Assembly: GCF_006345805.1 (NCBI RefSeq)
Contig: NW_021826349.1
Span: 1 to 13,072 of the forward strand
Length of the DNA stretch: 13,072 nt
From: Octopus sinensis
Taxonomy: Eukaryota
Direction of reading: 5' to 3'
Below the pieces are notes generated by a model. The model saw nothing but the letters and a program-made list of their open reading frames with translations, made no database searches and was not told where the DNA came from. Shown here one piece after another: positions 1 to 11,191 of this stretch; the first letter of the stretch is position 1; every line of letters starts with the position of its first letter. The position numbers and the translations under genes were made by a program.

Positions 1-43
1 ACCACACACACACACAGACACACACACATACACACAACACGCG

Positions 44-76
<33 letters not shown>

Positions 77-284
77 CACACACCACACACACACCCATAT
101 ATAGTATATATATTATATAGACGAGGGCTTCTTTCCGTTTTCATCTACCAAATCCACTCGCATGGCTTCGGTCGACCCGAGGCTATAGTAGAAGACACTT
201 TCCCAAGGTGCTATGCAGTGGGACTGAACCCGGAGCCATGTGGTTGAGAAGCAAGCTTCTTACCACACATCCCCGCCTGCGCCT
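1..284 (-). mobile_element. tRNA-derived SINE, family A (head 121-284, internal TA/TG microsatellite 1-120; 3' part lies outside the window)
   Basis: Minus strand reads AGGCGCAGGCGGGGATGTGTGG...GGGTTCAGTCCC (A/B-box-like), then ACCTTGGGAAAGTGTCTT (resembles the CORE-SINE ACCTTGGGCAAGT motif) and ...AAGAAGCCCTCGT. Aligns by eye with copies at 7482, 8734, 10335 and 12036. Confidence 0.88.
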
Positions 285-312
285 ATATACTTATATATAC
301 ATAGTTAAATTT

Positions 313-360
313 TATCTTTTATTGGTTTCATTGAGGGTCTGTCACCATGCTGGGACACTG
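313..360 (-). mobile_element. Degenerate fragment of the family A 3' end
   Basis: TTTTATTGGTTTCA...CACCATGCTGGGACACTG resembles 11722-11768 (TTTTACTTGTTTCCAGTC...GGCTATGCTGTAGCACTG). Confidence 0.4.
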
Positions 361-393
361 TTATTATGGTGCTTGCTAGTTTTCTTCAGACTA

Positions 394-533
394 ACTTTCC
401 TGCTGCATCTTGCAGCTCACCTGCGACGGACTGGCGTCCCGTCCAGGTGGGGAACCTATACGCCAAGGAAACCGGGAAACCGGCCCTTATGAGCCAGGCC
501 TGGCTTGAGAAGGAACAAACAAAACAAAAAAAA
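394..533 (+). mobile_element. 5'-truncated SINE fragment with a V-SINE-like domain and A-rich tail
   Basis: CCTGCGACGGACTGGCGTCCCGTCCAGG (420-447) matches the CCTGCGATGGACTGGC..CC.GTCCAGG motif I recall from V-SINE-type elements. Followed by GAAACCGGGAAACCGG and an AACAAACAAAACAAAAAAAA tail. Confidence 0.6.
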
Positions 534-870
534 TATTTGTTCCGTCAGTGAATTTAGTCTGTCGGTGTGGCTAGTAATTAAGCTAGAAGTCGTTGTGGGT
601 TAAAGGTTCAAGGCTGATAGAATAGAGAGCGTGCATTACTCTAGCTACATAGCGCGGTAGTTGTCATGGTCAGGAGTAAAAGAGAGCGAGCAGTCCTAGC
701 TGTGTGGGCAATGGACAAGCTGCCTGCCCAGAACGAGGAACAGAAAAAGAGGGAGAATGGATGTTCGACTTTTTATACCTCCCTAGCGGCAGTGCCATCG
801 AAGCGCCACCTATCCACGACAGAATGAGAGAATATAACTCTACCATTCAGCCTGTATGGCCCTTACTACA

Positions 871-1023
871 GATTCGTCTTTACTGTCAGAGTTCACATTT
901 CATCAAGGTCGACTTTGCCTTTCATCCTTTCGTGTGTTGTTAAAATAAGCATCAGTTGATCTCCGAGGTCAACGTATTCGACTTAACCCAGAACATGCTA
1001 GACTTGTGTCAAAATTTGAGACC
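871..1023 (+). mobile_element. Degenerate, 5'-truncated family B SINE
   Basis: GAGTTCACATTT..AAGGTCGACTTTGCCTTTCATCCTTTCG...TTCGACTTAAC...CTTGTGTCAAAATTTGAGACC is collinear with 4199-4354. Confidence 0.8.
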
Positions 1024-1562
1024 GATATATGAAGTCTATATATCTGTGTGTACAAACATATGTACATAGCGTAAGACTTGCGTATATTTGAGGCTTTATT
1101 TGTTTTGTCACAAATATAATTCAAATTATATGAGAAGATGCTCTACAAAGCATTAACCAGCCAAGCCTTAGCAATCACAGAACAATCCTTCTCTTCGCGC
1201 CGTTAACAATCTTTTCATTTTTTCTCTTTTCATACATCGGAGCCAGCAATTCTAGATTCATAATATCAAGTGTACTTAAGACACATATATGCTGTAGGGA
1301 ATCCATACAACTTCCTCTCTGGCGCTATCACAAACATGCTGGTCTCTAAAAGTATGCAAATGGTATGTAGAAAATAACATACGAAACGACTACTGGAGCG
1401 AACGATGAATATGATGTGCATTGTTTGTTCTAAGAAAGGGCTTTGCAGTGTCGTTCATCCGAGAATCACGTTGCGCGTTTTTTTTCTCTGCGCAAAAAAG
1501 TAAAAAATGAATTGCAATGTAAACCTCGTGCGACCACAGAAAAGCAAGCTTCAATTTTGAGT

Positions 1563-2258
<696 letters not shown>

Positions 2259-2902
2259 TAAATTTAGGCATTAGAGAGCTTCAGATTCGGATTTGTTTCT
2301 CTTTTTGTTGTGTAAAACAAAAACACGGAAAGTGAAAGAGAAAAGCACAACGTGATGTCGAAGAAAGAGAGAAATTATAGAAACTGTAAGTCGACGAAAA
2401 AACCAAAAAAACACAGATCTCAGACACATGCGCACTAACCCACACTGATATATACATACATAGATATATACACATACACGTAGTCACACACATAGACACA
2501 CAAACACACTCAGACTTACAAACATGTAAGAATTACGTTCTTGGTAATTGTGACGTACATTAAATTTTGAACTTTTTCCCTGTTACTCTGTTGGTTTCGA
2601 GATTTAGGCTTCTGAAATCAATGTGGAGTTGAATTTTTTCCTATAGGTCAATTATCAAAAAACGATCTAATCTCATTGAAATACACGCTCGTATCAGCAC
2701 GTACACACACACACACACATTCATACATACTTACGTACATACTTATACAGACACATGAGTTACCATATTCAGACAGACACTGATAGTCTCGCATGTTTTC
2801 ACAAATAAAAACGCACTTATTGGACGCCGAAATATAGAAAGTAGACGGAAAACTCTCATGCCAGTAAACGTAATTATATTTAATTTTTAGTTTAACAATT
2901 TG

Positions 2903-2992
2903 TATTATTATTATTATCATCATCATCATCATCATTATCATCATCATCATCATCATCATCCTCATCATCATCATCATCATCATTATTATAAC

Positions 2993-3032
<40 letters not shown>

Positions 3033-3131
3033 TTATTATTATCATTATTAATATTATTGTCATTATTATTGTTATTATTATTATTATTAATAATAATAAT
3101 AATAATAATATCATTATTATTATTATTATAA

Positions 3132-3177
<46 letters not shown>

Positions 3178-3266
3178 GTCATATTATTATTATTATTATT
3201 AATAATAACAATATATACTAATAATAATAATAATAATATAAATAATAATAATAACAATATCATTAA

Positions 3267-3302
<36 letters not shown>

Positions 3303-3321
3303 CATTATTATTATTATTATA

Positions 3322-3365
<44 letters not shown>

Positions 3366-3370
3366 GTTAT
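2903..3370. repeat. Compound trinucleotide array (ATT)n/(ATC)n with AAT-polarity blocks
   Basis: ATC block at about 2916-2982; AAT blocks at about 3089-3110 and 3201-3258 inside ATT. Confidence 0.97.
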
Positions 3371-3506
3371 CTTCACTTTCTGATTTAAAGTCTCCACCGA
3401 GATCGACTTTGTGTTTCATCCTTTCGCTGTTGATTAAATAAGTACTGGGTGTAATCGAATTTCCGTGTCCCACAGAATTTCAGACCTTGTGCCTATAGTA
3501 GAAAGG
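3371..3506 (+). mobile_element. Degenerate, 5'-truncated family B SINE with an alternative 3' tail
   Basis: CCGAGATCGACTTTGTGTTTCATCCTTTCG...TAAATAAGTACTGGGTGTAATCGA shares the B core and ends CCTTGTGCCTATAGTAGAAAGG. An internal deletion relative to 4274-4300 falls between two AGTAC/AGCAC motifs. Confidence 0.75.
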
Positions 3507-3836
3507 CCTAGGGTCGATCTGTTCGACTTCTTTAATCACATGCCTGCTCGAATCGAACATATGTTTTGTGAAAGCTTTATAACAGCATTTGTCCCGTTTT
3601 ATAGACAGGTCAAATATATCGAGGACTACACGATACACTACGTCCTTCATTCGTTTTGCTATTTAGCTACTGTTCATAGCAGATCAATTCTCACTCATTA
3701 AGTAATCTGGTCATAGTGCTTAAGCTGACTTGTGATTACAATATCATTAAGCCGTGATTATAATTTGTTTCCGGCAAAAATATATCTAAGAGTACATTAT
3801 GCAATGTGATTCTTATCTTTTCCAACAGGCTGCCTT

Positions 3837-4900
3837 CGAGGGTGATTTGATAGCTATTTCTAGCTGGCTGTGAGACAACAACATCGGGACTCCTTATTTC
3901 ATTGACAGTGGGGTATACACATTTTGCTGTGGGGGTAACTCCGATAAATCAGTTCTTTCAATGGTCGAAGGATTCTACCCCATTCCGTCTATTTTCCAAT
4001 ATGTAAAGACCTCAGGACCTTATTATTTCAACTGGTGCTATTTTGCACGAAAGTAAGGAATGATATAAGGGCGATTTAGTTGCTATTTCTAATAAGACGA
4101 ACGATCACCATGTTCAAGTAGCAACTAGTATTATAAGCCGTAAAGGCGGTGAGCTGGCAGAGTAGTTTCCGCTCTGGACAAAATACTTAGCGACATTTCG
4201 TCCGTCTTTACGTTCGGAGTTCAAATCCCGCTGAGGGTGACTTTGCATTTTTTCCTTTCAGGGTCGATGAAATAAGTACTAGTTGAGCACTGGGGTCGAT
4301 GTATTCGACTTACCTCATCTCCCAAACCAGCTGGCCTTGTACCAAAATTTGAAAACAATATTATAAGCAGTGGTAGTCTTTCTGTTTTCTATCATATTAA
4401 CGTTGCATATTTAAGACTACATTATCCAATATGAGAATCCGAACCCAGAATGTGATTCGAAACAGATGTAGCTGCTATTTCTAACATAAAAAAATTTCAA
4501 GTTTGATCACATGAATCAGACCAATCATTAAAAGATCCCAGCTGTGACCCTCCTGCATGTATCATAACGCGTAGGAAACTTAAGATCACGTTGTCATAGG
4601 GGATGCCTTCTTTCACTATGGCAGAGAATGGTTTGAGAACGTTTTAGTTACTATTTCTAACAAGATGAGCAACCACCATGTTAAAGCTGATACAGTCTTA
4701 GCATTCAACTGTATCTGCTAGAAAATTGTTTAAATATCTTGATTACTACCAAATACGATGCCCCTTAATCTGGTCTAGCACCATATTTGTACGGTTAATC
4801 ACGTTGAAGTTTGATTACAAAACGTGTAACGTAATAATCCAGGTAGGTTCAAGCAAGCGCGGTGTGCTTTGAGTTCGGTTTTACGAGATATTCTAACAAG
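3837..4900 (+). repeat. Dispersed degenerate motif (GATTTAG.TGCTATTTCTAA...), 4-5 copies
   Basis: CTATTTCT cores at 3854, 4083, 4475 and 4651, with a weaker copy near 4887. Copies at 4083 and 4651 also share downstream CACCATGTT.AAG. Confidence 0.5.
4141..4356 (+). mobile_element. Full-length family B SINE with target-site duplication
   Basis: A box TGGCAGAGTAG 4155-4165, B box GAGTTCAAATCCC 4217-4229. Flanked by AGTATTATAAGCCG (4127-4140) and AATATTATAAGCAG (4357-4370), which share an identical 10-bp core TATTATAAGC. Confidence 0.9.
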
Positions 4901-5078
4901 GATTAACAGAACAAGCTCCCGATAATTCTTCTCGGCCGTCATACGGCTTTTCCATTTCTTAAACTTTCTTCTTTAAACGTTGCTTATCACAAACGTTTAG
5001 GCGCCATATTAAAACCGTTATTTCGAGAAATCCTTCAGTATATTTGGCAGGTTCAGAAGTAGTGGTAACGTTCAAACG

Positions 5079-5138
<60 letters not shown>

Positions 5139-5252
5139 TTGTTTGTTGGTGGTAGTGGTAATAGTATTGGCGGTGGTGGTGGTGGTAGTGGTTGTACTGG
5201 TGATAGCAGTAGCAAGAACAGAGTTAGTAATTTTAGTAGTAGTAATGGCAGC

Positions 5253-5296
<44 letters not shown>

Positions 5297-5369
5297 AAGT
5301 GATAGTGGTAGTGGTTGTAACAGTAGTAGCAGTAAAAAGAGCAGAGGTAGTAGTGGTGGTGGTGGTGGG

Positions 5370-5403
<34 letters not shown>
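5079..5403. repeat. Mixed (AGT)n/(GGT)n/(AGC)n trinucleotide array
   Basis: Directly visible; source of the poly-T/Y/L/V/S ORFs. Confidence 0.95.
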
Positions 5404-5833
5404 CAATTTTGCACCAACTCACCATTCTCGTCGAGTCGGCCATATTCTTGTGTGTGTGTGTGTGTGTAATGAATAGTTAGAATTTCATTTAAAATGAAGA
5501 GACAGTTCAAAATATTTCCAACATTTACCAGTTTCCACGCTGTTGTAGATATTATATTTCAATATAAAGCTCAACTTCATCCGCGTGTCTCTCTCGTGTC
5601 TCCTCGGTTAAGCCATACGTATACATCATGAAATATGTTATCTTATTTTTTCTTCTCTCTGAGTGTGTGTGGCGGGCTGGTGGTGGGGGAGGGGAGGTTT
5701 CCTATTTTATCGAGAATTTTCAATAAATCGCTCTGAACAAATACTTTTTCTCACAATAATTGCGAAGTATTCATACATACGATTATTATGCACACACATA
5801 CACACATATACATAGTGCACACGCATATATATA

Positions 5834-6244
5834 TATTTCTTTATTGCCCACAAGGAGCTAAACACTGAGGGGACAAACAAGGACAGAGAAACGGATTAAG
5901 TCGATTATATCGACCCACAGTGCGTAACTGGTACTTTATTTATTGACCCCGAAAGAATGTATGGAAAAGTCAACCTCGGCAGAATTCAGAATGTAGCGAT
6001 AGACGAAATACCTATTTCTTTACGACCCACAAGGAGCTAAACACAGAGAGGACAAACAAGGACAGACATAGGTATTAAGTCGATTACATCGACCCCAGTG
6101 CGTAACTGGTACTTTATTTATTGACCCGGAAAGGATGAAAGGCAAAGTCGACCTCGGCGGAATTTGAACTCAGAACGTAACGGCAGACGAAATACGGCTA
6201 CGCATTTCGCCCGGCGTGCTAACGATTCTGCCAGCTCGCCGCCT
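5834..6244 (-). mobile_element. Family B SINE: one head followed by two tandem body units
   Basis: Minus strand: A box TGGCAGAATCG (6223-6233), B box GAGTTCAAATTCC (6159-6171). Unit 6013-6195 is repeated at 5834-6011, where the B box carries a deletion of about 6 bp. Confidence 0.9.
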
Positions 6245-6254
6245 TCGTCACTCG

Positions 6255-6340
6255 CATATATATGCATATATGTATATATATCTATATCTACATATATATA
6301 TATATATATATATATATGAAAGGGAGAGAGAGAGGGGGGC
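6255..6340. repeat. (TA)n then (GA)n microsatellite
   Basis: Directly visible. Confidence 0.9.
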
Positions 6341-7010
6341 GAGAAAGAAATAGTGAGGAGACACACAAACAGTGTGAAGTAGGACTTCATGTCCCATTGC
6401 GTATGCGCTTGCGTATATGTTATATCAACATTGCTTTCCAGCTGATTCGGACTATATCCTTCGTACATCAAGGCCTATACTGCATTCAAACATCAATTTC
6501 TGAGGGTTCCAGGTGTTACAGTAAAGAACCGAAAGAATTGTTGCGCGTGTTTATCAAAGCTTATATAGGGGGGAGGGTATCCAGGATTTATTTTTGGGGG
6601 GGGGGTCCAAATGTTTTGAAAAAATGCTACTTAAGTTGGGAATCGTAATTGGTAACAAATGGACCCATTTTATGTATTCTAACTTTGTTGTAGCATGTTA
6701 CATGCATATGAAGCAGGAATGCAGTGAAACGGCTGGAAACATAATAACAATCTACTAAAATAATACTCTTGTGTGTTTCTCCGTCACAACATATGAATGA
6801 GAAAGGAAGGGGTGATAGATGAATAAAGAAGGAAGGGGTGATGGAAAACTTGGTAGTGGGATGGTGAACATTGAACGCTGAAAAGAAAAATCATACAGCC
6901 TTTCAACTGTATGTGAATATATGTATGTACGTATGTGTGTGCGTGCACAAGGGAAGTATGTGAATGTATGTGAACATTGACAAGTATATTAATTTGATTT
7001 ATCATGCATA

Positions 7011-7066
7011 TTTATATATAAAATACTACAATTAGCCGTGATTCTTGACGGCACGTGGCCAGCTAG
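7011..7066 (+). mobile_element. Possible Helitron-type 3' terminus or mini-element
   Basis: Hairpin GCCGT-N8-ACGGC (7035-7052), 10-nt spacer, CTAG (7063-7066) followed by T. Upstream A|TTTATATATAAAA at 7011 resembles a TC-start non-autonomous Helitron 5' end. Confidence 0.35.
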
Positions 7067-7481
7067 TGTTATAATAAAAACCATGGACCCGATATTTTTT
7101 GGTGTCGGCTCGAATAGAAAGGGTGTTGCCTGGGCAACCGGAGCGATGCCATGTCATTGTTTCAGTGCAATGGATGACAATAAGTAAAACCTAAAACGTA
7201 GAAGCTAAACAAATTTGCTGAACGCATCTGCATCGGCATATCAGACCAGAGAAATGATGAACGGTAATGAACTGGTGCACTGCAATAGGTCTTTAAGTGC
7301 GTGCGGATAATCGAATATGCGATATGATTTTTCGCTAGATTTCCTGCAAAATATGTAATTCATAATCTTATTATACATAATTCTGATTAACTAATAATGT
7401 ATGTAATAGTTTTCTATCGAACTTTCTTTTAATTTGTAATTTTCAAGCTTGTATCTACTTAAAAAAAAATTTATTACTTTA

Positions 7482-7927
7482 CAACCACGTGGTTTACAAT
7501 TTCGTTCCGCTGCGTGGTACCTTCGGCAAGTTTTTTCATTATAGATCTTTGGCAACCAATGCCTTGTGTATGTATTTGGTAGAAACTGCGTTGAAACCCA
7601 TCATAAATATATATGTATGCATGTGTGTGGTGTGTGTGTGTGTGTTTATCTGTGTGTATGTGCGCGTGTGTACGTATCTGTTCATATGTGCGTGTGTTTG
7701 TGTTTGTATGTGCGTGCATGCGCATGTGTCCTTGCCTTTTCACCTACCTACTCCACCTTATATCCTGTGCTGGTTTGTTTATGTCCTCGTAAATTAGCGA
7801 TTGGGCAGAATCATCAATAGAAAAATCAGAAATACTGGAGTTGTCTTGTTGGCCTAAAATCCTTTAAGTCGTGCCCCCACCCCGCCTTGGCCCCAGATTA
7901 ATGACTGAAACAGGCAAAAGAGTAAAG
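7482..7927 (+). mobile_element. Old, diverged family A SINE lacking the first ~35 nt
   Basis: CAACCACGTGG...CTGCGTGGTACCTTCGGCAAGT...GCCTTGTG...ATTTGGTAGA, microsatellite 7605-7727, then GTGCTGGTTTGTTTATGTCCTCGTAA...AATGACTGAAACAGGCAAAAGAGTAAAG. Confidence 0.82.
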
Positions 7928-8453
7928 CAGATACAGAGTGCACCTGTAACGATTTAGTTCATCTCCAGCACACCGTGAAGTTAAAGATGACAGAGACGCT
8001 ACTCCAAATTTTTTTTGCTTCTAATATTTGTTACGATTAAGAGGTCTAGAAACAAACACAGTGTAGTAGGAGAGAAATGATGGGTAGGATGAAGTAGAAA
8101 TGAAAGGCGGGAAATGGATTGATGGGTGAGGAGCATGAGGGGTGAAGTGGTTGGAGTTGAAGAAAGGTTAAGCTGGAAGTGAAGTGAGGTGGTGGCTGTG
8201 GTTGACGTGTTGTTAATCACTAAGAGAAGCGGGCAGGTGGATGGGAAAGAAACCAAGTGAAAGATTAGATGAAGCAGCAGAGGTGGAGCAAACTGGGATG
8301 GGCAGAAACGCTGCTAAATCTTAAATACAAAGGAAGTGCGAAATGCATATGCACAAACCAGGAAAATATTAGTCACTTACATCAAGCAGGGATTTCGAAG
8401 GGCAAAAGAAACTGTGCCTAGTTCTATGTTAATGTATCAAAAACATATATTAT

Positions 8454-8678
8454 TTTGTTGTTTTATTCTTTAATTGACTGCAGCCATGCTGGAGCAGCGC
8501 CTTTAAGACTTTTAGCTGCAGAGATCAACTCCAAAACTTATTCTTTGTAAACCTAGAGCATTTTGTATTGGTTTCTTTTGTCAAACTGCAATGTCACTGT
8601 GACATAAACGCATGAGTAACGGTTGTTAAGCGAATGAGGGCAGGGGGAGGATAAACACACACATATACATATAAATAC

Positions 8679-8733
<55 letters not shown>

Positions 8734-8896
8734 CTACGAGCTTCTTTCACTTTCCGTCTACTAAATCCATTCACAAGGTTTTGGCCGGCCCGAGGATACA
8801 TAAGAAGACACTTGCCCATGGTGCCCCGCAGTGGGACTGATCCCGGAAACATGTGGTTTAGAAGCAAACTTTAACCACATAACCACGCTTGCGCCT
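8454..8896 (-). mobile_element. Near full-length family A SINE
   Basis: 3' part GACTGCAGCCATGCTGGAGCAGCGCCTTTA (8476-8505), internal CA/TA array 8655-8732, head 8734-8896 matching 121-284. Confidence 0.88.
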
Positions 8897-8967
8897 ATAA
8901 GGGCACGCTTGCGCCTATAAGGCTACACTTGCGCCTATAACGCCACACTTGCGCCTATAAGGCCACA
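8881..8967. repeat. 20-bp minisatellite, 4 copies plus a partial, across the SINE 5' junction
   Basis: Invariant CTTGCGCCTATAA at exact 20-bp spacing (units start 8881, 8901, 8921, 8941). Confidence 0.95.
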
Positions 8968-9375
8968 TATGTTGCCAAACGGTCATCTGTTCGTTTCATG
9001 ATTAGCCATAGATAGCTATAGCTACATACATCATAATTCCGGACATGTTTATAAACAAGGAGAACGATCAGTCACTATGAAGTTGTTGAAACAATTGTAA
9101 ACAATGTAAGAAAAGTTAAAATAGCTAACACCAATTTTTAATTTTTATCATACGCATATAAACACACACTCGGACACAAACACACACTCGCACGCACACA
9201 CATTCACACACACGCATACCCACATACGTACACACACAAGTGCACTTAGAAGCGCACATACACATACATATAAAACTGGACATTGGAGACATATGTCAAC
9301 GAATGAAATTTATGAGAATATGAAATAGGAATGAATGATGGCATGATTGATGAATGACTAGATAACTATATAATT

Positions 9376-9404
9376 CATATATATATATGTACACACACAC
9401 ACAC

Positions 9405-9456
<52 letters not shown>

Positions 9457-9460
9457 GCAT
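9376..9460. repeat. (TA)-(AC)7-(AT)8-(GT)15 microsatellite containing a 44-bp perfect palindrome
   Basis: 9391-9434 equals its own reverse complement. Confidence 0.9.
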
Positions 9461-9603
9461 ATTATATTTGTAAGTATTTTGGTGACAGTGGCTTCGACAT
9501 TTCTGACTGACCAAAGTAGGCTAGTAAGTCGAATCTTCAAAGGTACTGTCAACACATTCCTTGAAGACGTATACTAAATATGTATCGTACAAAACAGTAA
9601 CCA

Positions 9604-9997
9604 GGAGGCGCAATGGCCCAGTGGTTAGGGCAGCGGACTCGGGGTCGTAGGATCGCGGTTTCGATTCCCAGACCGGGCGTTGTGAGTGTTTATTGAGCGA
9701 AAACACCTAAAGCTCCACGAGGCTCCGGCAGGGGATGGTGGTGATCCCTGCTGTACTCTTTCCCCACAACTTTCTCTCACTCTTACTTCCTGTTTCTGTT
9801 GTACCTGTATTTCAAAAAGCCGGCCTTGTCACTCTCTGTGTCACGCTGAATATCCCCGAGAACTACGTTAAGGGTACACGTGTCTGTGGAGTGCTCAGCC
9901 ACTTACACGTTAATTTCACGAGCAAGCTGTTCCGTTGATCGGATCAACCGGAACCCTCGTCATCGCAACCGACGGAGTGCTTCCATTCCCATTCCAA
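9604..9997 (+). mobile_element. Full-length tRNA-derived SINE, family D
   Basis: A box TGGCCCAGTGG 9614-9624, B box GGTTTCGATTCCC 9657-9669, two 3' hairpins (9929-9954, 9956-9977) and a short TTCCA-type tail. Possible TSD GTAACC at 9597-9602 and 10001-10006. Confidence 0.85.
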
Positions 9998-10024
9998 TTT
10001 GTAACCCTTCTGTTTTAAATCTAT

Positions 10025-10190
10025 AAAGCTTGGTACCGATTTCAATTGTCTCCCTTACTGAAAGGCTATGTTACGGGAAGGTAAGCAAACCAACAATGAA
10101 TGTGCCATCGAGGTAATGTAATTGACTCACACAAATACAGACACACACACACATACATATATATATGTATGTATATATATATGTATATAC

Positions 10191-10276
<86 letters not shown>

Positions 10277-10500
10277 TATATTACATACATAAGCATACAT
10301 ATATCTGTGTGCGTACGTGTGTTCGAATATATATACGACGTGCTTCTTTCAGTTTCCGTGTAGCAAATCCAGACAGCAGGATATAGATCTTCCGGGGGTA
10401 TCTAGAGGGGAAACTTGCCTAAGGTTCCACGCAGTTCGACTGAACCTGGAAACTTGTGCTTGGGAAGCAAACTTCCTACCCTCTGACGTACCCTGTACCT
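10025..10500 (-). mobile_element. Old, diverged family A SINE
   Basis: ACGACGTGCTTCTTTCAGTTTCCGT...ACTTGCCTAAGGTTCCACGCAGT...GGGAAGCAAACTTCCTACC (10335-10480). Internal microsatellite 10128-10334. 3' part GCTATGTTACGGGAAGGTAAGCAAACCAAC resembles GCTAGGTTACAGGGACGTAAACACACCAGC at 11847. Confidence 0.75.
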
Positions 10501-10588
10501 ATATAAATATATGTACGTACACACACACACACATATATGTATGCATATACATATGTGTATGTATAATATATATATATATACATATAGA

Positions 10589-10621
<33 letters not shown>

Positions 10622-11057
10622 CCAATACATATATATATATATATACATACACACACGCACGCATACCACACACACACACACACAATATATATATACACAC
10701 ACACACCATATATATATACCCCCACATATATACATACACACACACACCCACACACACATATATATATATATATACACATCTATATATACCGTACACACAG
10801 ATATATATAAATACAGAGTATACAGACAGATAGATAGATAGATAGATAGATAGATACAGATAGATAGATAGATATATAGATATGATAGATAATAGTATAG
10901 ATAATAGATAGATTAGATAGATAGATAGACAGGATTGGTAGACATATAGACAAATAGATAGACAATAAATAATAGAATATAACAGACAGACAAATAGATA
11001 GACAGATAGATAGATAGAAGATATAGACAGACAAATAGATAGATAGATAGATAGATC

Positions 11058-11090
<33 letters not shown>

Positions 11091-11108
11091 TTAATATATG
11101 ATAGATAT

Positions 11109-11190
<82 letters not shown>
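10501..11190. repeat. Compound (TA)n/(CA)n followed by a long (GATA)n array (10826-11190)
   Basis: Directly visible. Confidence 0.97.

Positions 11191-11191
<1 letters not shown>

Noticed and set aside
704-943. 79-aa ORF with a non-canonical start
   Set aside because: Its 3' end runs into a SINE fragment and there is no recognisable motif.
4959-5510. 183-aa Thr/Tyr-rich, mucin-like ORF with a unique C-terminus
   Set aside because: It sits on the ACT/ACC array, switches between poly-T and poly-Y, and shows no recognisable domain or splice evidence.
6567-6608. G-rich GGTATCCAGGATTT...G10 stretch (MITE terminus or G-quadruplex)
   Set aside because: No partner inverted repeat or TSD was found, and the G-tract spacing is poor.
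8881-8967. CRISPR-like short regular repeats
   Set aside because: The variable parts are only 7 nt and related to each other; eukaryotic context with no cas genes.
9604-9675. Possible tRNA gene
   Set aside because: Boxes are present but no convincing acceptor stem or Pol III terminator; the sequence continues into a SINE body.
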